Shown: one piece after another, positions 1 to 10,394 of the stretch
Layout: each line of letters opens with the position of its first letter
Position numbering within the stretch: position 1 is the stretch's first letter
Assembly: GCA_037127655.1 (NCBI GenBank)
Contig: JBAXXY010000002.1
Coordinates: 1 to 58,050 of the forward strand
Source: Lentisphaerota bacterium
GTDB lineage: Bacteria > Verrucomicrobiota > Lentisphaeria > Victivallales > GWF2-38-69
DNA: 58,050 bases
Direction: 5' to 3'
Notes under the pieces: generated by a model
The model's input: only the letters and a program-made list of their open reading frames with translations
The model's database searches: none
What the model was told of the DNA's origin: nothing
Translations under genes and position numbers: made by a program

Positions 1-71
1 GCATAAGATCTTATATTATTAGGTTGTTAACAGATAAAAAATTTGTTATTTCCATCTTTCGATAATGCTTT

Positions 72-1619
72 CTATTCCCATTCAATGGTGCCAGGAGGCT
101 TTGATGTCAAATCGTAGACTACTCTATTTACACCTTTTACCTCGCTGACTATTCTGCTTGATATTTTTTCCAGAAGATCATAGGGCATCTTCACCCAATC
201 TGCTGTCATTCCGTCGCTGCTTTCGACTATCCTGAGAGCTATAACATTTTCATATGTCCTTTCATCTCCCATCACACCTACTGTTTTTACAGGCAATAAA
301 ACAGCGAATGACTGCCAGACTTTGTAATAAAAATTGGCTTTTTTCATTTCGTCCATGAGTATTTGGTCAGCTTCTCTAAGAACATCCAAGTCTTTTTTAG
401 TGATTGCTCCCAACAACCTTACTGCCAAACCTGGTCCGGGAAAAGGTTGGCGCATAACAGCTTCTTCAGGCATTCCAAGTTCGAATCCGAGTTTTCTGAC
501 TTCATCTTTGAAAAGACAGCGAAGCGGCTCAAGAAGTTTAAGTTTCATTTTTTCAGGAAGCCCGCCTACATTATGATGGCTTTTAATCATTGCGCTTGGG
601 TTCCCGGCAATAGAAATACTTTCAATAACATCAGGATATGTGGTGCCTTGAGCTAGAAATTTAACATCTTTTATTTTCGAAGCTTCCTCGTCAAAGATAC
701 TTATAAATTCATAGCCTATTATTTTACGCTTCTGTTCAGGATCAGATACATCTACAAGTTTGCTAAGAAATCTGTTTTCAGCATCTATGCATCTTACATC
801 AAGATTAAAATTCCTTGCGTATAAACTCTGAACTCTTTCTGCCTCGTTTTTCCGAAGAACTCCATTATTTACGAATATACAGGTAAGCTGTTTTCCAATT
901 GCTTTATTTATAAGCACTGCTGCGACAGAGGAATCAACACCGCCGCTTAAAGCAAGTATGACTTTATTACTTCCTACCGTTTCTTTAATGTCGTTTACTG
1001 ATGTTTCTATATAGGATTTCATTGTCCAGTTTTGTTTTGCACCGCAAATTCCTATACAGAAATTCGAAAGCATTTTAAATCCGTTTTCAGAATGAGCTAC
1101 TTCGGGATGGAATTGTACGCCGTAATAATTCTTATCTGGGCAAATTACCGCTGCAAACTGCGTATTTGAAGTAGCTGCTATTGTTCTGAATGATTCCGGA
1201 AGCTTGTCAACCTTATCTCCGTGGCTCATCCATACATTGAACTTATCTTGAATGATTCCAGAAAAGAGAGGGTTGTTATTATCTATGTTTAAATCAGTTC
1301 GTCCATATTCGCGCGAAGGGCTCTTAGTGACTTTCCCTCCCAACATTTTTACCATTAGCTGTAAACCATAGCAAATTCCCAAAATAGGACTATTGAGGTT
1401 GAATATTCTAGGATCACATGAAGGGGAATTGGGATCTGTGACGCTTGCTGGGCCTCCGCTTAATATGATTCCAGATGGGTTTTCTTCTTTTATCTCTTCA
1501 ATTGTAGCAAAAAAAGGAAGGATTTTACTGTAAATGTTAAGTTCTCTTATTCTTCTTGCTATAAGTTGACTGTATTGGGAACCAAAATCTAAGATGACAA
1601 TTGTTTCAGGATTTTTCAT
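72..1619 (-). CDS. guaA: GMP synthase (glutamine-hydrolysing)
   Basis: Full-length 515 aa ORF. N-terminal class I glutamine amidotransferase (ILGICYGLQ, HPEV) and ATP pyrophosphatase P-loop SGGVDSS. C-terminal KPPGTIEWE is typical of GuaA. Confidence 0.95.
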   Translation of the reverse strand: MKNPETIVILDFGSQYSQLIARRIRELNIYSKILPFFATIEEIKEENPSGIILSGGPASVTDPNSPSCDPRIFNLNSPILGICYGLQLMVKMLGGKVTKSPSREYGRTDLNIDNNNPLFSGIIQDKFNVWMSHGDKVDKLPESFRTIAATSNTQFAAVICPDKNYYGVQFHPEVAHSENGFKMLSNFCIGICGAKQNWTMKSYIETSVNDIKETVGSNKVILALSGGVDSSVAAVLINKAIGKQLTCIFVNNGVLRKNEAERVQSLYARNFNLDVRCIDAENRFLSKLVDVSDPEQKRKIIGYEFISIFDEEASKIKDVKFLAQGTTYPDVIESISIAGNPSAMIKSHHNVGGLPEKMKLKLLEPLRCLFKDEVRKLGFELGMPEEAVMRQPFPGPGLAVRLLGAITKKDLDVLREADQILMDEMKKANFYYKVWQSFAVLLPVKTVGVMGDERTYENVIALRIVESSDGMTADWVKMPYDLLEKISSRIVSEVKGVNRVVYDLTSKPPGTIEWE

Positions 1620-1635
1620 TTGATTTTATGAGTAT

Positions 1636-2433
1636 TTATTTAGGTTGATGTATGACTTTGATAATGTTAATTACATATTCCTGGCAATAATCTGCTGTCT
1701 TGGGGTTAAACTCTTCTTTATTGATTTCAGAATTGGATAGTATCCTGACTGCTAGGAAGGGAACATCAAAAGCTTTGGACACTTGAGCTGCTGCCACGCT
1801 CTCCATTTCTTCTGTTGATATACCATAAGTATCATGGAGATATTTAATCCTATCAAGTTCCCTGTTCCATTGATCTGCAGAGCCAATGGTGCCAAGAACA
1901 ACTTTGCCATGCTCATATTTTATATTTTTAGCTATGTCACTAAGCTTGCTGTCACTTTCAAAATAATTATGCTCTACTACCTGTCCTTTGATTCTAAAAC
2001 TTTGAACATCACCAAAGAACTTCCAGTCTCTTGGATTTTCCCGTACATCAGATTCTTTTCTGTCTGATCTTGTAGCTCCAATGTTGATTATCTTACTGCC
2101 AATGACAATGTCTCCAGCATGGAGCTCCTTGGGGTATCCTCCGGAAGTTCCCTGATTGATGATCATAGTTGGCTTAAATTTTTCTATTCCTATGGCTGTA
2201 GCCGCTGCTGCGTTGACTAATCCAATTTCAGTTCTTGAAACTATAACTTCACTATCTCCGATATTGCCTTTCCAGTAAGTCCATGAACCATATGTGGATT
2301 CTTTTGGGTTAGTTAATGCTTTTATCAGTGCTGCAACTTCCATGTCCATAGCCCCCTGGACAAGTATTACTTCTTTAGCTGATAGGGTTACTGATATTAT
2401 CGATATGATAATTGCTGCAAATAGTTTGTTCAT
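1636..2433 (-). CDS. mtnN: 5'-methylthioadenosine/S-adenosylhomocysteine nucleosidase (PNP_UDP_1 family) with N-terminal signal peptide
   Basis: VQGAMDMEVAAL start of the mature domain and the EEMESVAAAQV motif are typical of Pfs/MtnN. A hydrophobic leader ending LSA-KE precedes them. Confidence 0.75.
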   Translation of the reverse strand: MNKLFAAIIISIISVTLSAKEVILVQGAMDMEVAALIKALTNPKESTYGSWTYWKGNIGDSEVIVSRTEIGLVNAAAATAIGIEKFKPTMIINQGTSGGYPKELHAGDIVIGSKIINIGATRSDRKESDVRENPRDWKFFGDVQSFRIKGQVVEHNYFESDSKLSDIAKNIKYEHGKVVLGTIGSADQWNRELDRIKYLHDTYGISTEEMESVAAAQVSKAFDVPFLAVRILSNSEINKEEFNPKTADYCQEYVINIIKVIHQPK

Positions 2434-2725
2434 AGATTATTCTCCTAAGTTATAAAGTTATATCTTATCCTGAGGGAATGAGGATGTTCAATAGTTATCT
2501 AGAGATTTTTGCATAAAACTAGAAAACTGCTAAACAACCTAAAATCACCCGTCTAGTAACGGAAGTTAGTTTACAGCAAGACGAGGTATCAACCAGGCGC
2601 TCATGACGAATACCTCCCCGTTTGCTTAATCTGATAAAAAAGAAATAATCTAGGTGAATCAAATTCAGTAGCGCCTCTGACGCTATTAACTGCGTATTTC
2701 CAATTCTTATATTTTTTATTTAGGC

Positions 2726-4864
2726 CTAGACTGATTTAAATCGTATCAACAGTATGGAATCAGGATACATCACAGGCAACTGAAGACCGAGTTTGGCAAG
2801 GCATTCGCCGTTGACTAAAATCCTTTCATTTAACCAGTCGGGTTCCTTTTTCATAATTCCTGCTGTTGGAGTAATTCTATCTATGACATCGACTTCATAC
2901 TTTTTATCAGGATCAAGAAACTTTAGATAGAGTTTTTCCGGCAGCATGAATTCCGGCATGGCAAGTTGCGCAATTGACAGAATTGATTCGTTTTTATCCT
3001 CGGAAGTAACAGCAAAAGCCAAAAGATTCCTATCGGATGTATCAAGTCTGTAAAGAGAGCCTGTATGGATGAGCGGTCTTAACTTTTTGTATAAAGCTAC
3101 ATACCCTTTGAGTTCTATTCTCTCATAATTTGTCAGAGTAGAGACATCTTGTTCGAATCCCAGATGACCGAAAAGAGATGTCAATATCCTGAATTTGAGT
3201 GATGCCATTCTTCCAGTCGTATGCGCAGGCGACGGACCAAAGTGCGAACCCATTATTTCCGGTGGAAGGAAATATGAAAAACCTCTCTGGATTATCTGTC
3301 TTTCGTGGGGATCGTTACAGTCTGACGCCCAGACTCTGTTTGTATATTTAAGAATGCCAAGGTCTGCTCTGGCTCCTCCAGAAGAACAGCTCTCAATTTC
3401 TACATTAGGATGTTTTTCTTCTATAGAACCCAGAAGTCTGTAGAGATGCTTGACTTGATTATGAACTGATGGCTTTCCATCACTGTCACCAGGTTGGGAT
3501 AAATCTCTATTCATATCCCATTTGATGTACCCGATATTGTATTGAGAAAGGAGGCTGTCCAGTCTCTGATAGATGTAGTTGTATGCATCTTCATTGCTCA
3601 AATTAATGACATACTGATAGCGCCCTAGTCGTTGTTTGTACTCATCTACTTTTAGCATCCATTCCGGATGGTTTCTGAAAAGGTCAGAGTCGGGATTAAT
3701 CATCTCGGGCTCAAACCATAGTCCAAACTCCATTCCTTTAGAATTTACATATTTAACGAGTTCTCCTAAACCTTCGGGATACTTCCTTTCATCCACAAAC
3801 CAGTCGCCAAGCCCTGCTCTTTCGCCGTCCCTGCCTCTAAACCATCCGTCATCAAGGATAAATCTCTCTATTCCTAGTTCTGCAGACTTGTCTACAAGTT
3901 CGAAGAGTTTCTCCTTCTTGTGAGTAAAATAGACTGCTTCCCATGTATTAAAATGAACAGGGCGATTGTCCCTTTTATGATTAATAAAGGTATCTGATTT
4001 TCTCAGAAAAGAATGAAACCCCTGAGATATACCATTCAGGCCGGAAGAAGAATAAACAGCATACATGATTGGCGTCTCATAAACCTCATTCTTCTTTAGA
4101 GATATTTCTCCAGAAAGCAGAAGTTCAGAAAATTGAACAATCCTTCTTCCATCATTAAGAACAGATGCCTTGTATCCTGAGTTCCCGCTCCAGCCAAGAT
4201 GAAAACCATAAACAGTTCCTGTTTCTTCTGAGAAACCTTTCCTGCCTGCAATCAGGTATGGAATATTATCATTTGAAGTTCTGCCCTTGCGCGTTTCTCT
4301 TGCATAAGTTCCTTCGTGCCAATCTATTCTCTCTGTTTTAAACTCCTGAGTCCATCTGCCTCTGAAAACCATAAGTTCGTTAATAAACGATGGCACAGGA
4401 AGGCTTAAAGAAAGATTCTGCAAAGAGTAATCCTTATCGCCAAGGTTAGCCAGTACGATTTTTTTCTGAAGAATATCGCTTTCATAGTCAAGAGTTAATT
4501 CAATAGAAGCTCTTAGTTTAGCTACAGAATCAACACAAATGAATTTTACCGAATGGTCATTTTTAATAGTTTCTTCGAGTTTAAACTGAGTTGTCCAGCT
4601 ATGACCGTCTGCGTTACCGATTAATCCCGGATTTCCAAAGAATCCCTGCCCCTCTTCAGGCAGAAGAGATATTTCGACTACTTCATCCAAAAAAGCCTGA
4701 GGCACAGGCAGGTCTTGAGTGGTAACAATGTCCCCTTCTGATAAGTTGCAATTGAGTCTGTCACCCCAGTAAATTACAGACGGAATAGTTTCGTTAGATG
4801 CTTTAAAAACAATACTCGATGTTTTCCCAGAAAGTGTTAATATTGAACTCATAACCAAATTCAC
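2726..4864 (-). CDS. alpha-galactosidase, glycoside hydrolase family 36
   Basis: 712 aa with the GH36 signatures YIKWDMNRD (nucleophile region) and CSSGGARAD, plus DDGWF. Confidence 0.9.
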   Translation of the reverse strand: MNLVMSSILTLSGKTSSIVFKASNETIPSVIYWGDRLNCNLSEGDIVTTQDLPVPQAFLDEVVEISLLPEEGQGFFGNPGLIGNADGHSWTTQFKLEETIKNDHSVKFICVDSVAKLRASIELTLDYESDILQKKIVLANLGDKDYSLQNLSLSLPVPSFINELMVFRGRWTQEFKTERIDWHEGTYARETRKGRTSNDNIPYLIAGRKGFSEETGTVYGFHLGWSGNSGYKASVLNDGRRIVQFSELLLSGEISLKKNEVYETPIMYAVYSSSGLNGISQGFHSFLRKSDTFINHKRDNRPVHFNTWEAVYFTHKKEKLFELVDKSAELGIERFILDDGWFRGRDGERAGLGDWFVDERKYPEGLGELVKYVNSKGMEFGLWFEPEMINPDSDLFRNHPEWMLKVDEYKQRLGRYQYVINLSNEDAYNYIYQRLDSLLSQYNIGYIKWDMNRDLSQPGDSDGKPSVHNQVKHLYRLLGSIEEKHPNVEIESCSSGGARADLGILKYTNRVWASDCNDPHERQIIQRGFSYFLPPEIMGSHFGPSPAHTTGRMASLKFRILTSLFGHLGFEQDVSTLTNYERIELKGYVALYKKLRPLIHTGSLYRLDTSDRNLLAFAVTSEDKNESILSIAQLAMPEFMLPEKLYLKFLDPDKKYEVDVIDRITPTAGIMKKEPDWLNERILVNGECLAKLGLQLPVMYPDSILLIRFKSV

Positions 4865-4886
4865 TTTTTTATTAGCTTATCTCAAG

Positions 4887-6350
4887 TTAAGAAGATATTT
4901 CATCTTTGGAAACTCCAAGTTTGGCGCATAATTCATCAAGAACCTTAACATGGAATGCTTCAGTCAGATTAACCTTCTTTATGAAAACCAGTATAGAAAT
5001 AATAAGTAAAATACACGGAACACCAAACATGACTATCTTGAACTTCAATACATTCTCAGGGACTGCTGCAACACTCTGTGCTGTAGCGTTATTTGTCATT
5101 GCTACCCATATTGCAGTAAAACCAACTACGCCATTGGAAATAGCGCCTGCGAGTTTATCCAGCAGCGGCCTGACACATAGCGTAACACCTTCAGAACGGG
5201 TTCCTGTTTTTAATTGCCCATATTCTACACTGTCAGTAAGCGTCAATAAAACACATACGAAAAGTATCGGATAAGGAAAGAAGAAAAGTATATAACCCGT
5301 GAGGATAACGCCTAAATGCTTTCCTGCCACAGCAAAAACAATCAGGCCAATAATCATGGTAATGAGTCCCAGGCAAAACAGGTTCTTCCTGCCTTTGACC
5401 AGCCTGCTTAAAAAAGGGAAGAGCGCAACAGCTATAAAACCCAGAGCCAGATTGAGCGTACCGATTATGGCGAAATCAGAAGCTTTGCCAAAAATGTAAG
5501 TAAAATAATAAAGCAGGAATGAAGAACAAATAGTATATCCCAGCGCAAAAAGGCCATAGGATACTGCAAGCCAAAGCAGTTGGTCATTGTGCGCAATAGC
5601 CTTAAAGATCACCATAATTGTGGTTTTTTCCTGGGACTGGCGTAAAGCAGATTTCTGTTCCTTGGCACCTATAATGGTTATTATTGCACCGACCAGGGAA
5701 ACTACAGCAACAAATATCGCAAAAACCAGCCAGCCGCGCTTGTCACCAATTACATTTGCCGACTGGGAATGGCTGCTTGAGAAGAATAATATAATTGGAA
5801 CAACTGAGAATGTGACAATGGAAGCCCCGAGAGTCGAGGCAATCCTTGCAAAAACCCCTACCTTCTCGCGCTGCGCGCTGTCAGTAGCAAGCGCAGGGAT
5901 CATTCCCCAGAAAGCAATATCCTTAAAGGAATACACTATGTCCAGGACGGCAAATATTCCTATGAACAGGATAATATAAAACATTGGATTGGATGTTGAT
6001 AGCCCGCCTAAATCTGTAAATAAAAAAACGATACAGATAGAGCCTATAGTACCGCCAAAAAGTATCCATGGCTTGAATTTCCCTATCTTGGTACGGGTAT
6101 TGTCAATCACCCCTCCGATCATAGGGTCAATAATCAGCTCTACAAATCGCAACACGAAAAGCATGGTAGTTACTATCGCAATCATCTTTTCGCTACTGCC
6201 TTCACTTATCCCTGTCTGTCCCGGGTTAAATAGCTGCGAAGTTATGAACATGATCAGATACGAGGACAATGCAGCATAAAAGACATCATGCCCAAATGCA
6301 CCGCACGCATAAGAAAATAGTGTTTTACTAAATCCTTTTGGCTTGTTCAT
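4887..6350 (-). CDS. glycoside-pentoside-hexuronide (GPH):cation symporter, MelB-like
   Basis: Polytopic membrane protein of about 12 TM with a GPH/MFS-like N-terminus (GFSKTLFSYACGAFGHDVFY). I prefer the ATG at 6350, preceded by AGGAG, over the longest ORF start at 6389. Confidence 0.8.
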   Translation of the reverse strand: MNKPKGFSKTLFSYACGAFGHDVFYAALSSYLIMFITSQLFNPGQTGISEGSSEKMIAIVTTMLFVLRFVELIIDPMIGGVIDNTRTKIGKFKPWILFGGTIGSICIVFLFTDLGGLSTSNPMFYIILFIGIFAVLDIVYSFKDIAFWGMIPALATDSAQREKVGVFARIASTLGASIVTFSVVPIILFFSSSHSQSANVIGDKRGWLVFAIFVAVVSLVGAIITIIGAKEQKSALRQSQEKTTIMVIFKAIAHNDQLLWLAVSYGLFALGYTICSSFLLYYFTYIFGKASDFAIIGTLNLALGFIAVALFPFLSRLVKGRKNLFCLGLITMIIGLIVFAVAGKHLGVILTGYILFFFPYPILFVCVLLTLTDSVEYGQLKTGTRSEGVTLCVRPLLDKLAGAISNGVVGFTAIWVAMTNNATAQSVAAVPENVLKFKIVMFGVPCILLIISILVFIKKVNLTEAFHVKVLDELCAKLGVSKDEISS

Positions 6351-6392
6351 ATTATTTATCTCCTGTTTAAAATTTATATATCTCAACAAGTT

Positions 6393-8609
6393 TTATTTAA
6401 CCTTTATTTCGATTTCTTTTGAAGGTGTTCTCTCATAAGAGACTTTGAGCTTAATAGTTCCTTTCTTCCCCGAAGTAAGAATCCAGCAGGCTATTTCTCC
6501 GCCCTGTACAACAAGTTTTGAAGGCCCTGCAATTCTGCCTGGTCCGGCAATTTCAAGTTCGACAATTCCATTGAGGAAGAAGAGTTTGTTCTTTACCTCA
6601 TCCACAATTTCTATTTTTACTCTAGTAGCATCAAGTTCCTTTGCAGAGAGTTCATAATCATCTGCTTCAACTATTAACTCTTTGGGAGTCTGGCTGTTTG
6701 AAAATACTTTGGAGATAATCTGTTTGCCGTTTTTGAAGCCTCTGAATTCTGCTTTCTGCCACAAGAATCCCCATTGGCTTTCGACTTTATCTATTATTAT
6801 TGGCGGGTATTCTAAACCTTTGAATAAGCTTCGAGCAGGATAACAGGTTCTTTCGAATTTGTCATTGTAGTAAAAGTCTATCCTGTCGCAATTGGTCAGT
6901 ATCAGGAGGGGTGAAACGAGGCACTCGTTTTTTTCGCCTCTGGCCCAGACTGTTACCGGCTCTAAAATCGGCTTAATTTCAGGGTCAATCTGCGAAGCAT
7001 AAGCATAAGACGCAAGCTTAGGCAGCCTGAACATATCCATTACACCATGATGGCAAACCTTGTCTCCTGCTCCGAAGTCCTTATGGGTATTGTAGTCGAA
7101 AGCGCACCAACCGATTGTTCCGCAGATATTTTTATCCAGTCGTCCTGCGTCTATAACTCTCAAATGACGGATGCAGTGTTCTATCTGTCTTTCTTCCAGG
7201 TCTTGTTTTTTGGTAGGATACATGTGTCCATTATATTCAGTTATAAGATAAGGAACAAATCTGTCCTGTCCTGTAACTTCTTTCTGTCCTCTCAGGGCAA
7301 CAGATCCGCCATTGAGGACGAAGTCATTGATTGTATATACATCTTCAAGTAACTCACTGTTATTGAGATATCTGACACCGCCAGTTTGTCTTGTCGGATC
7401 GAGTTCATGAGCCACTTTATTTGTTTCAGCGTAAAAGTCATGATCGTCGAGAGATTCATTAATTCTCACTCCCCAAATTATTATTGAAGGGCGGTTCCAA
7501 TCTCTTTCGATCATATCTTTCACATTTTGAACAGCTACTTTCTTCCAATCTTTGTCGCCGATATGCTGCCATCCAGGGATTTCTTCAAAGACTAATAATC
7601 CTATTTCGTCACATCTATCTAGGAAATGTCTGGATTGAGGATAATGGGATGTCCTGACAGTATTCAGAGAAAGTTCATATTTTAGAATATCGGCATCTTT
7701 TTTCTGACATCTTGCCGGCATAGCATATCCCATGTATGGATAAGATTGATGTCTGTTCAACCCAAATATTTTGAGTTTTCTGCCGTTTAAGTAGAAGCCG
7801 TCAGGTTTGAATTCAGCCGTTCTAAAACCTATTTTTCTTGAGTCAGTGTCATGTCCTGTGAGCTCAACTTCGACGGTGTAAAGTTCTGGAGAATCAATAT
7901 CCCAGAGTTTGATATCTTTTAGACCGCTGAATGATACTATTACTTTATTTTCTAGATTGCTTAGTTTAACTAGCTCTGAAGATTTTGAGATAGTTTTTCT
8001 GCCTTTTGTGACCTTAACTTTGATCTCTACTCCTTCTTTAATTTTGCCTTCTGCATGTATAAAAACTTCGACATCCAATCTCTTTTCTGAGTTGAGGACA
8101 TCGTATGTTTTGCAGAAAATGTTTGATATGTGAATTTGAGGCAGGAACTTCACCTGTACTTCCCTGTATATTCCGCCGTAAGTCAAATAGTCTATTTGTC
8201 CGCCAAATGGAGGAATATCTTTGCGTTCGGTTGAATCCACGACAACGACTAGCTCATTGTGTTCACCAAACTTAGCAGCTTTATTCAAAAGCACATCAAA
8301 CTCAGTGTAACCGCCTTTATGTTCGCCAAGCAGCATTCCATTTAAATAGACTTTGGCAAAAGTCATTACTCCTTCGAAATGGAGATAGGTAAGCATGTTT
8401 TCAGTTTCTTTCGGAATGAAAAGATATCTTTTGTAAGTCGAAATGAACTGGAAGTCTTTTTCGTCAAAATAATTAAATGGCAGTTCCGTATTAGCATGTG
8501 GAATTACAATATCTTTAAATCCATCATGCTTGGCACCGACCTTTAAATAATTTTCCTTGAAATCAGGACTGTATTTCCATAAATCATTAACTGAACTAAT
8601 AACTCTCAT
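6393..8609 (-). CDS. glycoside hydrolase family 2 (beta-galactosidase/beta-glucuronidase-like)
   Basis: GH2 sugar-binding N-domain followed by a TIM barrel with NTVRTSHYPQS, WGVRINES (acid/base region) and ITEYNGH (nucleophile region). Confidence 0.85.
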   Translation of the reverse strand: MRVISSVNDLWKYSPDFKENYLKVGAKHDGFKDIVIPHANTELPFNYFDEKDFQFISTYKRYLFIPKETENMLTYLHFEGVMTFAKVYLNGMLLGEHKGGYTEFDVLLNKAAKFGEHNELVVVVDSTERKDIPPFGGQIDYLTYGGIYREVQVKFLPQIHISNIFCKTYDVLNSEKRLDVEVFIHAEGKIKEGVEIKVKVTKGRKTISKSSELVKLSNLENKVIVSFSGLKDIKLWDIDSPELYTVEVELTGHDTDSRKIGFRTAEFKPDGFYLNGRKLKIFGLNRHQSYPYMGYAMPARCQKKDADILKYELSLNTVRTSHYPQSRHFLDRCDEIGLLVFEEIPGWQHIGDKDWKKVAVQNVKDMIERDWNRPSIIIWGVRINESLDDHDFYAETNKVAHELDPTRQTGGVRYLNNSELLEDVYTINDFVLNGGSVALRGQKEVTGQDRFVPYLITEYNGHMYPTKKQDLEERQIEHCIRHLRVIDAGRLDKNICGTIGWCAFDYNTHKDFGAGDKVCHHGVMDMFRLPKLASYAYASQIDPEIKPILEPVTVWARGEKNECLVSPLLILTNCDRIDFYYNDKFERTCYPARSLFKGLEYPPIIIDKVESQWGFLWQKAEFRGFKNGKQIISKVFSNSQTPKELIVEADDYELSAKELDATRVKIEIVDEVKNKLFFLNGIVELEIAGPGRIAGPSKLVVQGGEIACWILTSGKKGTIKLKVSYERTPSKEIEIKVK

Positions 8610-8647
8610 TAGATCACCTTTATGTTTAATAAATTACTAGATTATAA

Positions 8648-9478
8648 TTATTCTTTTACTGAACCGCCGAGAATTCCTGAAATGAAATATTTCTGGAGGA
8701 AAAGAAAGACCACTAGAACAGGTATTACAGACAAGGACGCTCCTGTCATTATCTGCCCGTAATCTATTCTTGACATCCCTTTTAACCCCGACAAAGCTAC
8801 CGGTAAAGTCTTCATAGAAGCATCACTTAGGATTATCAATTGCCACATAAAATTGCCCCACTGGAACATAAACATATATATACCAAGAGCAGCCAGAGCC
8901 GGCTTCATTGTAGGCAGTACGATTTTGTAAAATATTCTTAGTTCCCCTGCTCCATCTATCCTTGCCGCCTCAATAAGAGAGTCAGGTATAGAAAGCATAT
9001 TCTGTCTCATCAAAAATATACCGAAAGCCGATGCAATATCTGGAATTATCACAGCCCCATAAGTATTGATCAGGTGCAAGTTAGACATAATTTCAAAAAG
9101 AGGAACAAGTTTCGACTGTCCGGGCAGCATCATTGTAACTAATATGGCTATAAACAGAAAGTTTTTAAATTTAAATTTGTACTTCGCAAAGGCGTAACCT
9201 GTAATAGAACTTATCAGTAGATTAAAAAACACAAAGATTATAGATACAAAGAACGAATTGAAAAGAACACGCCCTATCCCAATGGATTTGTCGAGATTCC
9301 TCAAATTCTCCATAAGATAAGTTCCGGGAAGAAGTTTCGGAGGAAAAGAGAAAAAATCTGCAGTCGGGTGAGTAGCTGAAACAAACATCCAGTAAAATGG
9401 AAAAATAGAGAAAAACAAGCCTATAATAAGCAGAGTATATAGAGTTAATTTTTCTCTTCCGGAGACAAAACTATGCAT
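8648..9478 (-). CDS. carbohydrate ABC transporter permease (CUT1, MalG-like)
   Basis: 6-TM protein with the EAA loop IEAARIDGAGELRIFYKIVLP. Confidence 0.9.
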   Translation of the reverse strand: MHSFVSGREKLTLYTLLIIGLFFSIFPFYWMFVSATHPTADFFSFPPKLLPGTYLMENLRNLDKSIGIGRVLFNSFFVSIIFVFFNLLISSITGYAFAKYKFKFKNFLFIAILVTMMLPGQSKLVPLFEIMSNLHLINTYGAVIIPDIASAFGIFLMRQNMLSIPDSLIEAARIDGAGELRIFYKIVLPTMKPALAALGIYMFMFQWGNFMWQLIILSDASMKTLPVALSGLKGMSRIDYGQIMTGASLSVIPVLVVFLFLQKYFISGILGGSVKE

Positions 9479-10376
9479 TTTCCTTGCCTCCTATCTTGAG
9501 CTGAATTATAGAAAACAGCACAGTAATTATCAGAATAACTACCGATATTGCAGATGCATAACAAAAGTTGAATGACTGAAAGCCTTGCTTGTAGAGATAA
9601 AGTCCCATAGTGATGGTAGCATCAGCTGGTCCTCCATTAGTCAAAATGTAAGGCTCAGAGAATAGATTTAAAGTTCCGATAGTAGAAAGGATGACCGAAA
9701 AAAGTATTATCGGTCTCATCTGAGGAACTGTGATGTGAAAAAACTTCTGTACCTGATTTGCTCCGTCAATTGTTGCAGCCTCATATAAACTATCGGGAAT
9801 ATTCTGGAGACCAGCGAGCATAATCACAGCATTATAGCCTGTCCATCTCCATGTTAATGCCATTATTATTGACATTTTGGCCCAGAAAGGAGATGTCAGC
9901 CATGATATTTTATCAAGGTGAAGCAGATAAAGGACATAGTTCAAAAGTCCGTTATCTGACAAAATAATAAAGAATACCATCGAATATGCTACCATTTCAG
10001 TAACAGCCGGAAGAAAGAAGCCAAGTCTGAACTGACTTTTCCAGGCAAGAAGTCTGGAATTCAGTCCTACTGCCATAAGCAATGACAGTACAGTCATTAC
10101 AGGCACCTGAATAATCAGGTAAATGAATGTGTTGTACAAAGCTGTAAGGAATATCCTGTCCCCAAGCAACCTTTTATAATTGGCAAGGCCGCTGAATACA
10201 TAGTGCCCAGCTTCACGGGTCTGAAATGAGAGTATAAATGTCTTCACAAAAGGATATATCGTGAAAACCGCAAAAAGGAGTACCGCCGGAATCAGAAAAA
10301 TATAAGGCGCTGTGTTTTTATTCAGAAGCCTCTTTCTTCCTGATGCTGAGTCATAATTTATTTTAGATTTATTCAT
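9471..10376 (-). CDS. carbohydrate ABC transporter permease (CUT1, MalF-like)
   Basis: EAA loop YEAATIDGANQVQKFFHITVP. Overlaps the downstream permease by 8 nt. Confidence 0.9.
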   Translation of the reverse strand: MNKSKINYDSASGRKRLLNKNTAPYIFLIPAVLLFAVFTIYPFVKTFILSFQTREAGHYVFSGLANYKRLLGDRIFLTALYNTFIYLIIQVPVMTVLSLLMAVGLNSRLLAWKSQFRLGFFLPAVTEMVAYSMVFFIILSDNGLLNYVLYLLHLDKISWLTSPFWAKMSIIMALTWRWTGYNAVIMLAGLQNIPDSLYEAATIDGANQVQKFFHITVPQMRPIILFSVILSTIGTLNLFSEPYILTNGGPADATITMGLYLYKQGFQSFNFCYASAISVVILIITVLFSIIQLKIGGKENA

Positions 10377-10394
10377 ATAAATTAAGTGTATCAG

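Noticed and set aside
468-486. tRNA T-loop-like strings: AGTTCGAATCCGAG at about 470, and GTTCGAATCCCAG at about 3150.
   Set aside because: The flanking 5-mers cannot pair to form a T-stem, no acceptor or anticodon arms can be drawn, and both lie inside conserved coding sequence (guaA, GH36).
2434-2725. Possible SAH or SAM riboswitch, or SRP/4.5S RNA, in the long spacer between the GH36 gene and the nucleosidase gene (strings AGGCGCUCA and ACCAGG).
   Set aside because: Neither strand reproduces the ordered conserved segments of SAH, SAM-I, SAM-II or SRP RNAs. Only a generic hairpin is present, and it is reported as a low-interest observation instead.
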